From contig JBAZWZ010000002.1 in NCBI GenBank assembly GCA_041660105.1, forward strand, positions 57,964-121,963: a stretch of DNA of 64,000 bases, written 5' to 3'. The translations under genes and the position numbers were made by a program. This document shows positions 37,612 through 47,704 of this stretch, piece by piece (positions within the stretch are counted from its first letter, which is position 1; the number at the start of each line of letters is the position of its first letter). The notes under the pieces are model-generated. The model saw only the letters and a list, made by a program, of their open reading frames with translations. It had not been told where the DNA came from and searched no databases. This DNA comes from Minisyncoccota bacterium (GTDB lineage Bacteria > Patescibacteriota > Minisyncoccia > Phycocordibacterales > UBA1550).

Positions 37612-38046
37612 TTAAATTCTTCGTGGCTTCTTTGGCTTTGGTCCGTTGTGAGGAACCGGTGTGACGTCGCGGATTGATGAGATGTCAATACCCTTTGAGT
37701 TGACCGCGCGGATAGAGCTCTCACGTCCTGCTCCAACGCCCTTTACGACAACGTCAACTGACTTCATACCGATCATTGCTGCCTTTTCTCCAACGAGCTC
37801 ACCTACCTTTGCGGCTGCAAATGGAGTCCCCTTCTTTGCGCCCTTGAAACCAAGAGAACCAGATGATGACCATACGAGTGCGTTGCCTGCCTTGTCCGCG
37901 AGGAGCACCTTGGTGTTGTTGTATGTTGACTGAACATAGAGAACGCCTTCAACGTGCTTCTTCTTTGCGGTACGAGCAAGAGCGCGAGATACCAATCCCT
38001 GATCAACACTCTGTCCTTCTTTTTTAATAATTCGTTTTTTGCCCAT
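37612..38046 (-). CDS. rpsK: 30S ribosomal protein S11
   Basis: Internal KKHVEGVLYVQSTYNNT... motif and C-terminal ...DVTPVPHNGPKPKKPRRI. Confidence 0.9.
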   Translation of the reverse strand: MGKKRIIKKEGQSVDQGLVSRALARTAKKKHVEGVLYVQSTYNNTKVLLADKAGNALVWSSSGSLGFKGAKKGTPFAAAKVGELVGEKAAMIGMKSVDVVVKGVGAGRESSIRAVNSKGIDISSIRDVTPVPHNGPKPKKPRRI

Positions 38047-38080
38047 AATAGTAGTCTTGTTGGTGATTGATTATTGCGCT

Positions 38081-38461
38081 TTACTTCTTGTCTGCCTTAC
38101 GTCTTCCTGAACCCATCGTTGTGCGCTTGTTGCCGCGTACGGTGCGAGAGTTGGTCTTTGTGCGCTGTCCACGAACGGGAAGCTTCTTTGCATGACGTGA
38201 ACCGCGGTATGATTTGATTTCTTTCAAACGCTTTACGTTGGTTGAAATCTCACGCTTGAGGTCTCCTTCGAGAGTGAGGCCTTCGACAACTTTACGAATC
38301 TTTGCCTCATCATCTGGGGTCAAATCCTTCGCGCGCTTGCCGTGATCAAGTCCTACAGCGTCGAGAAGCTCCTTCGCGCGGGGACGGCCGATGCCGTATA
38401 CCGCTGTGAGGCTGATCTCTAATCTCTTATCGTCTGGTATTGTAACTCCTAGGATTCGCAT
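38081..38461 (-). CDS. rpsM: 30S ribosomal protein S13
   Basis: MRILGVTIPDDKRLEISLTAVYGIG is the S13 signature. Confidence 0.9.
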   Translation of the reverse strand: MRILGVTIPDDKRLEISLTAVYGIGRPRAKELLDAVGLDHGKRAKDLTPDDEAKIRKVVEGLTLEGDLKREISTNVKRLKEIKSYRGSRHAKKLPVRGQRTKTNSRTVRGNKRTTMGSGRRKADKK

Positions 38462-38491
38462 AATTTAATATCTTAAAATGTTTTAGCTCTA

Positions 38492-38605
38492 TTAGCCCTG
38501 GCGCTGCTTGTGGCGAGGGTTCTCGCAGATAACACGAATACGGTCACCTCGTTTGACCGTCTTGCATTTCACGCAGATTTTTTTTACTGATGCTCGTACT
38601 TTCAT
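38492..38605 (-). CDS. rpmJ: 50S ribosomal protein L36 (37 aa; below the ORF-track length cutoff)
   Basis: Minus-strand translation gives [37 protein letters not shown], with the Cys/His zinc ribbon. It sits in the canonical position between infA and rpsM. Confidence 0.85.
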   Translation of the reverse strand: MKVRASVKKICVKCKTVKRGDRIRVICENPRHKQRQG

Positions 38606-38719
38606 ATAATCATAAACTGGTTTACAGCGGATTGGTTTATACGGGTTTAACTGAACAAACCCCAAACTAGCTGATTCAAAAACAGTGAGAGTATTCTATC
38701 TCATTTCGAAATAAAATGC

Positions 38720-38925
38720 AAGGGCTTTGCCTCGCAAAGCCCACAACTGACAGCTAACACCGCTTACGCGGACATCTGACCGCTGATTTTCGCTTCGCGA
38801 AAATCAGCGGTAATGGTCAATTATCACACGTTTTTTGTCAAATGTTCCCCAAAATCCCCCGTGCCACTATCTAATAATCTATCCCCTGTCAGTTGTTATA
38901 TGTCAGTGGTCAGTTGTTCCCCTCT
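38720..38925. repeat. composite intergenic palindromic element (two hairpins plus inverted ACAACTGACAG ends, GTCAAATGTTCCCC module)
   Basis: Hairpins GGGCTTTGC-ctc-GCAAAGCCC and CCGCTGATTTTCGC-ttc-GCGAAAATCAGCGG. ACAACTGACAG at 38743 is inverted relative to CTGTCAGTTGTTATATGTCAGTGGTCAGTTGTT at 38886-38918. Related to the element at 26457-26548. Confidence 0.55.
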
Positions 38926-39139
38926 ATAAACGCTTGATGATACGACCTTTTCCGCCGTATGGGTCAAGCTTTACCATCACTTTGTCCCCGATGAGGACCT
39001 TGATGCGGTGGAGCCTCATCTTGCCCGCTAAGTAACAAATGATGTTTTTCTCCCCAGGAAACTCTACGCGGAACATAGCGCTCGGAAGCGCCTCTGTTAC
39101 TACTCCTTGTGTAAGTTCTTCTTTTTCGTTTTCTGCCAT
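38924..39139 (-). CDS. infA: translation initiation factor IF-1
   Basis: MAENEKEELTQGVVTEALPSAMFRVEF...GKMRLHRIKVLIGDKVMVKLDPY is the S1-like IF-1 signature. Confidence 0.9.
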   Translation of the reverse strand: MAENEKEELTQGVVTEALPSAMFRVEFPGEKNIICYLAGKMRLHRIKVLIGDKVMVKLDPYGGKGRIIKRL

Positions 39140-39292
39140 TTGTGAATGTTTATAATAACAAAATTATGGTGTGCCGTCAATTTCTCCGGCAAGTGCGTAG
39201 ATAACCAGTTGCAATAGACATAAATTACAACACATTATTTACGAAACAATCGTGACTGTCCCCATTTCCCACATTTCCCATTTCCTCATTTC

Positions 39293-39721
39293 CTACGACT
39301 TCTTCCGTAGTGTAATGTATTTTGAAATAATGAGAATAAGAGAAACAACAAGAAATATAATAGAGAGAAACATAGAAGTTGGCTCAGCAATTTGCATGCC
39401 CATAAAACCACCAATACTATCCTTTTCCATAAAAATAATTAAGGAAATAATGACAAATTGAAGCGGTACCCATCGATAAGCAAATTTACGCCAAGACTGA
39501 AAAATTTCATCACGCGAAAATAATAAGATAAATACAACAAAAGTTAAAGGAACAGAGAACCAGATGATAGATTTATATATTGCTATGTATGTATGCTGAG
39601 GTAATCCTAGTAACGGCCACACGTCATAATAGTGTTGAAGAAAATACGCAATCAATATCCCCGCAATTCCAATAATTGCCATGTTTTTCTTTGTCACCCA
39701 CTTATTAATATTTTCTGTCAT
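39293..39721 (-). CDS. small 4-TM membrane protein (paralog A)
   Basis: Shares (E/D)EIFQSW(R/L)..A..WVPLQ and overall topology with the adjacent gene. Confidence 0.55.
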   Translation of the reverse strand: MTENINKWVTKKNMAIIGIAGILIAYFLQHYYDVWPLLGLPQHTYIAIYKSIIWFSVPLTFVVFILLFSRDEIFQSWRKFAYRWVPLQFVIISLIIFMEKDSIGGFMGMQIAEPTSMFLSIIFLVVSLILIISKYITLRKKS

Positions 39722-39726
39722 CTTAT

Positions 39727-40131
39727 TTATTGCATTTTATTTCGTAAGGTAGAATACTTTACAAAAATGAATACGAGGGACACGAAGAAGAATACACAAG
39801 AAAAAAATATGGACATTGACTCGACTGTGGGTGCATTAAAAAATCCACCGCCTACTGTGCCACGCTCTCTAATTGCCATAGAAACAACCACAAGAATTTG
39901 CAAAGGAACCCACAAAATAGCCAAACGAAGCCAAGATTTAAAAATCTCACCACGAAGAGGAGAGAGGACAATCATAATTACAACTAGCGCAACGGAAACA
40001 TGGAATAATGGTTCTGCTATAATTTTGTACACACTCCTCGAAAGTAGCGCATGTCTATATAGTGACTCTATACCAAACGCCAGTCCAACACCAATCAAAC
40101 TTCCAATAAAAAGGTTTTTTTTGTCGCCCAA
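39727..40131 (-). CDS. small 4-TM membrane protein (paralog B)
   Basis: Tandem paralog of 39293..39721, directly downstream of the giant surface protein gene. Confidence 0.55.
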   Translation of the reverse strand: MGDKKNLFIGSLIGVGLAFGIESLYRHALLSRSVYKIIAEPLFHVSVALVVIMIVLSPLRGEIFKSWLRLAILWVPLQILVVVSMAIRERGTVGGGFFNAPTVESMSIFFSCVFFFVSLVFIFVKYSTLRNKMQ

Positions 40132-40200
40132 TTCAATACTTTTTCCATAATTTTAGATAATTAATTTTTAATAACACACTTAACAAACTTCCCGCTGGCA

Positions 40201-43200
40201 TTACTCCTCAAATCTCACCCCCACAACATCCATCTGGGTAATACCATTCACGGTTGTAGTGATGGTAATATTTTCCTGAGTCGTCGCTAAGCTTTGGGGG
40301 AAGAAAAGCGAGAACTTCGTCTGCTTGCGGTCATTGTCATTGTCATGTTCTTCCTCCTGGACAACATTGAGCATAGTGAAATTACCCACAATGTTCGACG
40401 CGAATGGCACATCTTTCTTGATCCCTGTTACCTTCACTGTCATCTCAAGTGGTTGTCCTTTTTTGAGTTTCAGTGTGTCGTCTGATTTGAGCAGAAGTGT
40501 CGTACTGTGGTTGGTATCCTTATATTTGTACTGTAGCTGAGCTGTTTGCTGTTTGTCATAGATATTTACAATGCTCATCTCTGACGTTGTCTTGTTGGCA
40601 CTTGTATTGGTTATCCCAAGAGTGATTGGGGAACCCGCAAAATCCAACTCTTTTTCTAAGTCACGTCTTCGTTCTTCGTCTCCTTCGTGGTCTCTCTTCT
40701 TTTTAATAGAGTCTCGTTCCTTAGTGTTTCCTTTTGTAGTAGCGAGAGTAAGTGTGTAAGTCTTGAGCTCTTTGGTGCTCTGTGCAAACGATACCGTGAT
40801 TACTCCGTCTGTTGTAGTGACCGTTGCGGGGACAGTAGTTCCTATACTGTCTTTCACAGGTGAAGTTCCTATGCGGTAATACGTGTTTGATAGTATGAGG
40901 TTTACATCCCCCTTCCCTGCAACTGAGAACGGCAAATCAAATGATTCTTTTTCCCAAAGAGAATACTCGCTTGGAATGATGAGATTTACAAAGACAGTAG
41001 CGTCAAATGGCTTCACGTCGTCTTGATTTGGGACACCGTCACCATCGGGATCTGCGGCTGGAGAAGAGTAAATTGTTATGGCGATGCTTGAGGTTGCAAT
41101 ATTGCCTGCCATATCGTGTGCAGTTATTAATATGTTCGTAACTCCTGGCGCGAATATCTGCGTGAGAGGTACGTCTGTGGTAAATGTTGGGCTTGCATCA
41201 ATACTATCATTGACTGTCACGGGGACAGTAAGGAGTGTGCCTCCCGCAGTAAGTTGTTCCGCCGAGGTATCCGAAGCGAATATAGTTGGTGCGACGGTGT
41301 CGATATTGAAGGTGAGCGTTTTTATAGCCTCACTATTGCCACTGTTGTCTACTGAGTAGTATTGAAGCGTGGTACTGCCTTCTGTTGCGATAACAAGTGG
41401 AGTGCTTGTGCTGTATGTATTCCATGTAGTTCCGTTATCGAGAGAGTACTTTGTGTCTGCAACTCCTGATGACACCTCACCAAGAGGGGCGCCATCATCT
41501 GCGGTAAGAGCAACAGTAACTGCAGAAGTATAGTAGTCATTTGAGCCAAGAGTACCTGATGGCATCACAATAGTTACTGGTGCGGTGAGGTCGTTGCTTT
41601 CTTGTACGGACACATCGGTCCCCACGGTGTCGATAAGATATGTTTTTTCCTCTGTTGGAGCAATGGTTTGATTTTCCAAAATTGGAGACGTGAAGATTCC
41701 CACCGTTGGGTCAATGGTACGTGCGTAGAGTGAATATGAGTCGGTGGTCGTCGCCATGGTGCTTGCGAGCCCTGGGTTCTGCTTCAAGAACTCATCATTG
41801 TCATGCGCAGAGACATAGTACTTCACTTGAGTCCCTTCGGGGACGTAAACCCATTCTGGGATACCTTGGTTATCTCCCGAGACAATAGAGCCAGGGATTT
41901 GATTCTCGTACTCCCCTGTTACATAGTTCATGCCAATGTGTTTGCCGTCGGGGGTAATGGCGTGGAGATCGAGGTCAGGAAGGGTGTAGTCGAGAGGAGA
42001 AGATAACATAAATCCATTATTTCTATAACATGGTTCGAGGTTCTCGCAAGTTCTAAACATAGCACAACCAGCGTCGTAAGAGGTGACAACTGTAGACAAT
42101 GCAGAGAGGTAGTAAAGATAATTACCCCAAGTAATGACAGAGGCAGACCACAGAACCCAAATAGAAACTTTAACTATCTTTACTTTTCGCCATTGAATAT
42201 TAATTACACTCTTTTTTTTGTAGACAAATACTAATATTATGCTTAATACCAAAAACAAGAGCGGGGCAGGCATTTTTTTAACGGCGCAAATTCTTGTATC
42301 TAACCCTCCACCAGAAAGAAGTTCGTCTATTGGAATTGAATTCCTTGGGATAGTCCCCGGCCTGACTGGAGTCATAAACATATCACCCTTAATATACTGT
42401 AGGAAATCGTTCAAAGGGCTTAGGACTGATCCATTATAATTTTGATTAAATGATTCTTTTGGAATCTTGGTGATTGAAGTAGCAATCTCGTATTTTCCGT
42501 TAACTGTTTGGTCTCCTGAGGTAGAGAATTCTACAAACTTATCCAGGTCTTTGTAAGTTTCCCCAGACACAGAGAGCACACCGTCATCTACACTTATAGT
42601 GCTTGTAGAGTTTGTAGGACTGGAAGGAATTGTGATGGTTTGTTTTTTCCCCAAGAGAAAACCGCTCGCCCCAACACGATATAGCACCAATGATTTTTCT
42701 TCTGGAAGCGATGAATCCCATATTTTCAAATTTCTATTACGTGCCTCGAGAATATAATAATCATCGGTTGATGAATTAGTATTTTCTTCAAGGTTGTAGC
42801 GGAAAATAGTGTCACCCAACTCGCTCGTTTCCAGTGAATTAATCTGATATGTTCCGTATGCGGATTTTGGATGAATATCTTCGCTGAGCAAACCGAGAAA
42901 TTCTTGGGTAAAGGAGGTCATAAATGGAGGATCTGAGACATTGTTGTCGGCGACATTCCAGTCACCGTCCGCCATCAAATCCCACCTTCCTACATTGCCC
43001 ATTAGATAGAGATCGGGAGTTGGGGTGTTCTCTGGAGTTATTGTGGTTCCAACAGTGTGCCCCACCTCGTGCATCCACACACCAACTGGCTCGCGCTCTG
43101 AGATAATAATCTTTAGAGGTGGTTGCCAAAACAATATCGTACGCCCCCATGCACCAGTGGAAAGTTTACTTTTAGGAATTGTTGCATTCATTTGATCCGA

Positions 43201-44898
43201 CTCACCCGCATGAACAACTGCCGCAACATCAAACGCTCTTAAATCTATCGCGGATATAGTAATTGCATCCTCAACAAACTCATCCTCCTTATCATTCGCC
43301 CCATAATACGCCTCAGTCTTATCCGTCTTGTACCACAGCCCACCGTTATCAAATATCGTAAACGTAAAACTCAACGAACCGTGCGATACTTCTTTGTAGT
43401 AATCATTGATGCAGTAGGCGAGGTCGGTGTAGTATTCTTCGCCATAACCATTGGCGTAAGTCTTTTCAGGAATGAGCTTGCATGGCTGAGCGGTTGTTGA
43501 CGCTGTTGTGTGGGAAACATCTACTGGCTCCGCGAGAATGATAGCGACGTTAATGTTTTTTGCTGTGCTTGTCGGTGCGAGCCAACCATCTTGTTTTGTC
43601 CATGGCAGATTATCTTGTCCACCAGGGAAAACGTAGGCGGAATCACAGATGTTGTCATTATTTGCATCCCTACAGCCTTCACTTGCTGTATCAAAGTTGC
43701 TCCAGTAGTTGCCACCTATTGGAGGAGCAAGGTTGAATATATCGGTATTTGTGTAGCGAGTATCAATATAAACCTGCGTTGGGTTATTGAGAAAGTTATT
43801 ATTGTATATTTTGTTAATAATAGGCAGACTCCACGGGAAGTTGGATATCCCGCTTACAGCGTTTTTTGAAAAAGTGTTACCAGACAAGGTATTGCCGCTG
43901 GAAACAAAAAAATCGATTCCATTCTTATAGTTATTTAATGCGTTATTCCCGGAAAGGGTGTTGTTATTGGAACCAAAAAGGAAGATTCCGAAAGAATTAT
44001 TTTGAGCAGTGTTGCCAGTCAGAGTGTTGTTATTGGCACCACGGAGAAGGATTCCGCGGCTAGAATTAAATACAGTATTCCTGGTTAGGGTGTTGTTGGG
44101 GCCTACAAGTTCGATTCCATTCGTATTATTCGATATCGTATTGTTGACCAGAGTGTTATAGCTAGAATTGTAGACAAATATTCCATCCGTAAAGTTACTA
44201 ATATTCAAATTCCTGATTGTCACACGCCCTCTCCCGTTAAGATAGACACCGTTCCCCGTGTTATATCCTGTCAGCGTATGGTGGTTACCATCGAGAGTTA
44301 CATTATTACTGTCTATCTGGATGGTTTCGGTGAGGTCTGTGTTCATCGTGCAAACCCTTGTAGTATAATTCCAGCTACCAATCTGAGTACAGTCTCCGCC
44401 CGTTGCGTTGTCGCTAATGAATTTCGTTGAGTGGCGAGGTTGAATAAATACTATATGTGTCTTCGATAAATCTTGTGAGTATGAGTAGCCACCACTTGCA
44501 TCAGTAACAAACTGGTCTAAATTGTGATAGCTGTCTTCATACTTATAGTACGTTGTCGATGTGGCAAAACCAGAGAGGGTGACTTGAGTTGATGTCGCCG
44601 TAGATGAGGCCGATGACTCAACTGTTAATGTTACCATTTCTGGTACGGAGTCCATTTTTAATTTAATCTGCTCTGAACTGTCGAGGGTGACATTGAGATA
44701 TTGACTGTCTGTGATAGTGAAGTGTGTATCATCCCCCTCAGTTGTGCCTGGCATAACAAATGGCTGGGGTATATCAAATACAGGAGGTGGAACTGATTGC
44801 GCGTATGCAAAAGAATTAAATCCAAACAATAAAGCAAGCGCAAACACCGCGCGCACAATAAGACGGATGATAATCTTTTGCATAAAATTGACGGTCAA
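40201..44898 (-). CDS. giant (1565 aa) secreted/surface protein with parallel beta-helix repeats and an HEXXH zinc-metallopeptidase-like (M6/InhA-like) region
   Basis: N-terminal signal peptide. Repeated NNTLTGN/NNTLSGN beta-helix units. VWMHEVGHTVG...VGRWDLMADGDW. A hydrophobic segment (LLFLVLSIILVFVY) mid-protein and Ser/Thr-rich linkers. Confidence 0.75.
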   Translation of the reverse strand: MTVNFMQKIIIRLIVRAVFALALLFGFNSFAYAQSVPPPVFDIPQPFVMPGTTEGDDTHFTITDSQYLNVTLDSSEQIKLKMDSVPEMVTLTVESSASSTATSTQVTLSGFATSTTYYKYEDSYHNLDQFVTDASGGYSYSQDLSKTHIVFIQPRHSTKFISDNATGGDCTQIGSWNYTTRVCTMNTDLTETIQIDSNNVTLDGNHHTLTGYNTGNGVYLNGRGRVTIRNLNISNFTDGIFVYNSSYNTLVNNTISNNTNGIELVGPNNTLTRNTVFNSSRGILLRGANNNTLTGNTAQNNSFGIFLFGSNNNTLSGNNALNNYKNGIDFFVSSGNTLSGNTFSKNAVSGISNFPWSLPIINKIYNNNFLNNPTQVYIDTRYTNTDIFNLAPPIGGNYWSNFDTASEGCRDANNDNICDSAYVFPGGQDNLPWTKQDGWLAPTSTAKNINVAIILAEPVDVSHTTASTTAQPCKLIPEKTYANGYGEEYYTDLAYCINDYYKEVSHGSLSFTFTIFDNGGLWYKTDKTEAYYGANDKEDEFVEDAITISAIDLRAFDVAAVVHAGESDQMNATIPKSKLSTGAWGRTILFWQPPLKIIISEREPVGVWMHEVGHTVGTTITPENTPTPDLYLMGNVGRWDLMADGDWNVADNNVSDPPFMTSFTQEFLGLLSEDIHPKSAYGTYQINSLETSELGDTIFRYNLEENTNSSTDDYYILEARNRNLKIWDSSLPEEKSLVLYRVGASGFLLGKKQTITIPSSPTNSTSTISVDDGVLSVSGETYKDLDKFVEFSTSGDQTVNGKYEIATSITKIPKESFNQNYNGSVLSPLNDFLQYIKGDMFMTPVRPGTIPRNSIPIDELLSGGGLDTRICAVKKMPAPLLFLVLSIILVFVYKKKSVINIQWRKVKIVKVSIWVLWSASVITWGNYLYYLSALSTVVTSYDAGCAMFRTCENLEPCYRNNGFMLSSPLDYTLPDLDLHAITPDGKHIGMNYVTGEYENQIPGSIVSGDNQGIPEWVYVPEGTQVKYYVSAHDNDEFLKQNPGLASTMATTTDSYSLYARTIDPTVGIFTSPILENQTIAPTEEKTYLIDTVGTDVSVQESNDLTAPVTIVMPSGTLGSNDYYTSAVTVALTADDGAPLGEVSSGVADTKYSLDNGTTWNTYSTSTPLVIATEGSTTLQYYSVDNSGNSEAIKTLTFNIDTVAPTIFASDTSAEQLTAGGTLLTVPVTVNDSIDASPTFTTDVPLTQIFAPGVTNILITAHDMAGNIATSSIAITIYSSPAADPDGDGVPNQDDVKPFDATVFVNLIIPSEYSLWEKESFDLPFSVAGKGDVNLILSNTYYRIGTSPVKDSIGTTVPATVTTTDGVITVSFAQSTKELKTYTLTLATTKGNTKERDSIKKKRDHEGDEERRRDLEKELDFAGSPITLGITNTSANKTTSEMSIVNIYDKQQTAQLQYKYKDTNHSTTLLLKSDDTLKLKKGQPLEMTVKVTGIKKDVPFASNIVGNFTMLNVVQEEEHDNDNDRKQTKFSLFFPQSLATTQENITITTTVNGITQMDVVGVRFEE

Positions 44899-44922
44899 CT
44901 TTTACTATTAATAATGCTAAAA

Positions 44923-45035
44923 GTATACCCCCACACCTACTTTTTACCTAGTAGGTTATACACAGTTAATATTATTGATACTATCTATGAAATTGTGTCG
45001 ATGATCAATGTGGAAAAGTAGGTGTGGGGGTATAC
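44923..45035. promoter_or_regulatory. 22-bp perfect inverted repeat GTATACCCCCACACCTACTTTT ... AAAAGTAGGTGTGGGGGTATAC enclosing about 68 bp (with an internal ACCTAGTAGGT palindrome)
   Basis: Located 25-135 nt upstream of the giant gene ATG. The arms contain TATACT. Confidence 0.5.
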
Positions 45036-45047
45036 CACGGAGGCGCG

Positions 45048-45119
45048 CAAAAACGTCAGAGGGCGGGATTGCCGAAGGCAGTCCCGCACTTTGACGTTTT
45101 CTGTCAGATGTCAGTTGTG
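45048..45119 (-). terminator. terminator hairpin (CGTCAAAGTGCGGGACTGCC-ttcg-GCAATCCCGCCCTCTGACG + TTTTT) fused to a partial ACAACTGACATCTGACAG repeat module
   Basis: Read on the minus strand directly after the stop of the 45132..46481 gene. Confidence 0.5.
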
Positions 45120-45131
45120 CGCACCGATACA

Positions 45132-46481
45132 CTACTTCGTCAAAATCTTCACCGTTATTTTTGTGGGGTCGGTGGGGAAAACTGTTTTCCAGACGGGGCG
45201 GATGGTGAGGTTGGCTTTGTGGATGTTGCTCTGGTCGGCAATCATAGCGCTAAAATCATTTTTGTTTTTGCCTACGAGTGATGCGATGATTTTCGCTGAA
45301 TCAATTTTGCCTACAAAAGATGCCGGTCCTGCGATGTGGAATTGTAATTTCGAAATATCTGAGAGCACTACGTTGTCGACGGGGTCAATAAATGTAAACG
45401 TAAGCGTCGACATATCGGGGATACCATATGGTGTCGCCGTCGTGTCATCGGTGAATGCGGTAGCGGTGAGAACTTTGATCAACGAATCCGTATCAAAGAA
45501 AAATACTGATGCGGTCGCACGTACCGTCACATTGGCAGCATTATCAGCCGAGTAATCCTGCGGAACTTCTTCAAACTTCACAATCACGCTTCCCGGGAAA
45601 AAAGTAACGTTCTCTGGAATTTGCGCGCGCGCCTTTTCTGTCGCCTCTTTCTTGAGGTCTTGCTTGAGCTCTTCCATAGCTTGCGCAATCGCTTCGTCAG
45701 AAGGAACTTTCACCGTACCTGCAAACCCGCCCGCGAGCACCGAGTCTGGCTTCGAGCGCGCATAAAACCTTGTGTATCTTGGGTCACCTTTGAATCCTGG
45801 AATTGTGAAATCAACGGGCTTATCAATATTGTACTTCTCGCCTGCTGCGTCTGCGTAGATTGTTGCCTCGATTGACCCTGGAACTGTCTTGCCACTTACT
45901 ACTTTATAGCCCGGGACAACTACTGATTTGTCTATATGAAATATTTTATGATCAGGTGTCTCGAGGCGTGTGTTTATGACGAGCTTCTGAGTAGCGGTGC
46001 TGTAATTGTTGTAAATGATAACCTTGCCCGTTGCTTTGTTTTGAATATTCTTTTCGACCGTTACGGGTGCTTCCTTGGTCTTCTCATCAGTGAGACTTAC
46101 AAATTGAAACACGAGAGAATCATCATGAGCAGCAAGTTCCTTTACTGCAGTGAAGTCAGCGTCGAGGGTTGCCTCCCTGGTCGTGGGAGAAATCTCGATA
46201 ATTGCCGTTGCAAAATAGTTTGCAACAACGAAACCACAAGCGAGAAGCGCCACAAACACGAGAGCCCAGAGGATACCACGTACCCCTGAGCCACTTGACT
46301 CCACTGGTTTCCTCACCTTAGCGCTACGAGACTTTTCAAAAAATGGATTGTTCTCAATGCGGTCACCTGCTCTCTCGGGGGAAATGCTGGGGCGCGACTC
46401 AGGTACAACAACAGGACGACGAACAACCTCGTTGTGAGGGACGAGCACGTCATTCATTTGTTTTTTCTTGATGTCATCCAT
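45132..46481 (-). CDS. hypothetical membrane-anchored protein (449 aa, single TM)
   Basis: Basic N-terminal region and one TM (ILWALVFVALLACGFVV). No recognisable domain. Confidence 0.5.
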   Translation of the reverse strand: MDDIKKKQMNDVLVPHNEVVRRPVVVPESRPSISPERAGDRIENNPFFEKSRSAKVRKPVESSGSGVRGILWALVFVALLACGFVVANYFATAIIEISPTTREATLDADFTAVKELAAHDDSLVFQFVSLTDEKTKEAPVTVEKNIQNKATGKVIIYNNYSTATQKLVINTRLETPDHKIFHIDKSVVVPGYKVVSGKTVPGSIEATIYADAAGEKYNIDKPVDFTIPGFKGDPRYTRFYARSKPDSVLAGGFAGTVKVPSDEAIAQAMEELKQDLKKEATEKARAQIPENVTFFPGSVIVKFEEVPQDYSADNAANVTVRATASVFFFDTDSLIKVLTATAFTDDTTATPYGIPDMSTLTFTFIDPVDNVVLSDISKLQFHIAGPASFVGKIDSAKIIASLVGKNKNDFSAMIADQSNIHKANLTIRPVWKTVFPTDPTKITVKILTK

Positions 46482-46483
46482 AA

Positions 46484-47671
46484 TTATTTTTCAAATTGCT
46501 CTGTCATCTTTTGCGCAAAGAGCACTTCTGTCACGATGAATGGGTCACGCGTAATCCCAGGATCAGACACAACAAATTTTGAAACGATGAGCTGATCTAA
46601 ATATTGTACATCAAATCCCCCATTTACTAAAAGTTCTGATTTTGCACTTCTAATAGTGCTAGAAAAAAGTGGCTCAATATCACTATCAATAGTAAAGTAT
46701 ATTTTGTTGGGGGTCGTCCCGCCTGCGGAAAGTGCCGCGACGGTCTTCTCGAAACGAATGAGCCATTCTTTCTTTGCCCATTCTATTATCTCGGAAATCG
46801 GAGCTCTCCGCGCATCATCGAGCTCGTTGCGGAGGAACATCGCAAATAGTGACGCCGCTTCTTCGTGGACAGTGCGCATACGCATCGATATCTCGCGGAT
46901 GATAAAGTTGCGCCCATAAGGGAACGAGAGTGTACCCGTGAGTATGTCATTCTCAATACGCGATATGTCGGTCGACTCGCCCGTAATATCGAGAAAGAGG
47001 AAATTCTTATCAACAGGAAACATATCACGCACCACACTGAATGCTGCCACAGGGAACGCACCAAAGTGGATCGGAGCAATGTGAAAATATTTGTGAATCT
47101 TCCTCTCGATCCCCTGAATGACTTTGTTTGATGAAATGCAAACCGTAGTCGACATCTCCATTCGCGTGGTGCGTTGTTTGTAGGGATTTTTTATCTCGTA
47201 CCCATTGAGCTTCATCTGAATTATTTTCTTTTCAATAACCCTGACGTCGCGTGGGGGAAGCGTCTGTTTAAGCTCCTCTTTGAGGAGGGTGACATCTTCG
47301 TCAATAAATTCTTCAAGTGTGTGCTCGTTGACTTCAAATTCTTGAAGACGAGAAATCTGCATATTGCGGGTTTTCAAAATGAACCACGGGGACGAGAGTG
47401 TGCAAAATACATTTGAAAGTTTCCCCCTTACAAGACCTTTTGATTGAATATTCTTTAGTGCTGTATCAAGACTTCTGTTCATCGCAAAAAGAAAACGAGA
47501 AGAAGAAAGCACTTCCTGAAATGAAATGTCTTCACGGACGCTCGCAAGCACTTGGGGGACAGAGCCTTTGCCCATCTTTACCAAAGCTGCACCAACGCTC
47601 GATGACCCCACATCGATGAGGAGCGTGAGCGCCTGCTCTTGTTTCTTGTTAGCTAAAAAAGGAATTGCCAT
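46484..47671 (-). CDS. actin-like ATPase, FtsA/PilM family
   Basis: LLIDVGSSSVGAALV (phosphate 1) and LFLDITGESTDIS (phosphate 2-like), 395 aa. Confidence 0.6.
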   Translation of the reverse strand: MAIPFLANKKQEQALTLLIDVGSSSVGAALVKMGKGSVPQVLASVREDISFQEVLSSSRFLFAMNRSLDTALKNIQSKGLVRGKLSNVFCTLSSPWFILKTRNMQISRLQEFEVNEHTLEEFIDEDVTLLKEELKQTLPPRDVRVIEKKIIQMKLNGYEIKNPYKQRTTRMEMSTTVCISSNKVIQGIERKIHKYFHIAPIHFGAFPVAAFSVVRDMFPVDKNFLFLDITGESTDISRIENDILTGTLSFPYGRNFIIREISMRMRTVHEEAASLFAMFLRNELDDARRAPISEIIEWAKKEWLIRFEKTVAALSAGGTTPNKIYFTIDSDIEPLFSSTIRSAKSELLVNGGFDVQYLDQLIVSKFVVSDPGITRDPFIVTEVLFAQKMTEQFEK

Positions 47672-47704
47672 TTGTTACATTGTACCACGTCGCGATACTT
47701 TGTT

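Noticed and set aside
38720-38925. CRISPR array, suggested by repeated ACAACTGAC/GTCAG units
   Set aside because: The repeats are short (9-11 bp), irregularly spaced and arranged as inverted as well as direct copies around hairpins. There is no regular repeat-spacer periodicity and no cas genes in the window.
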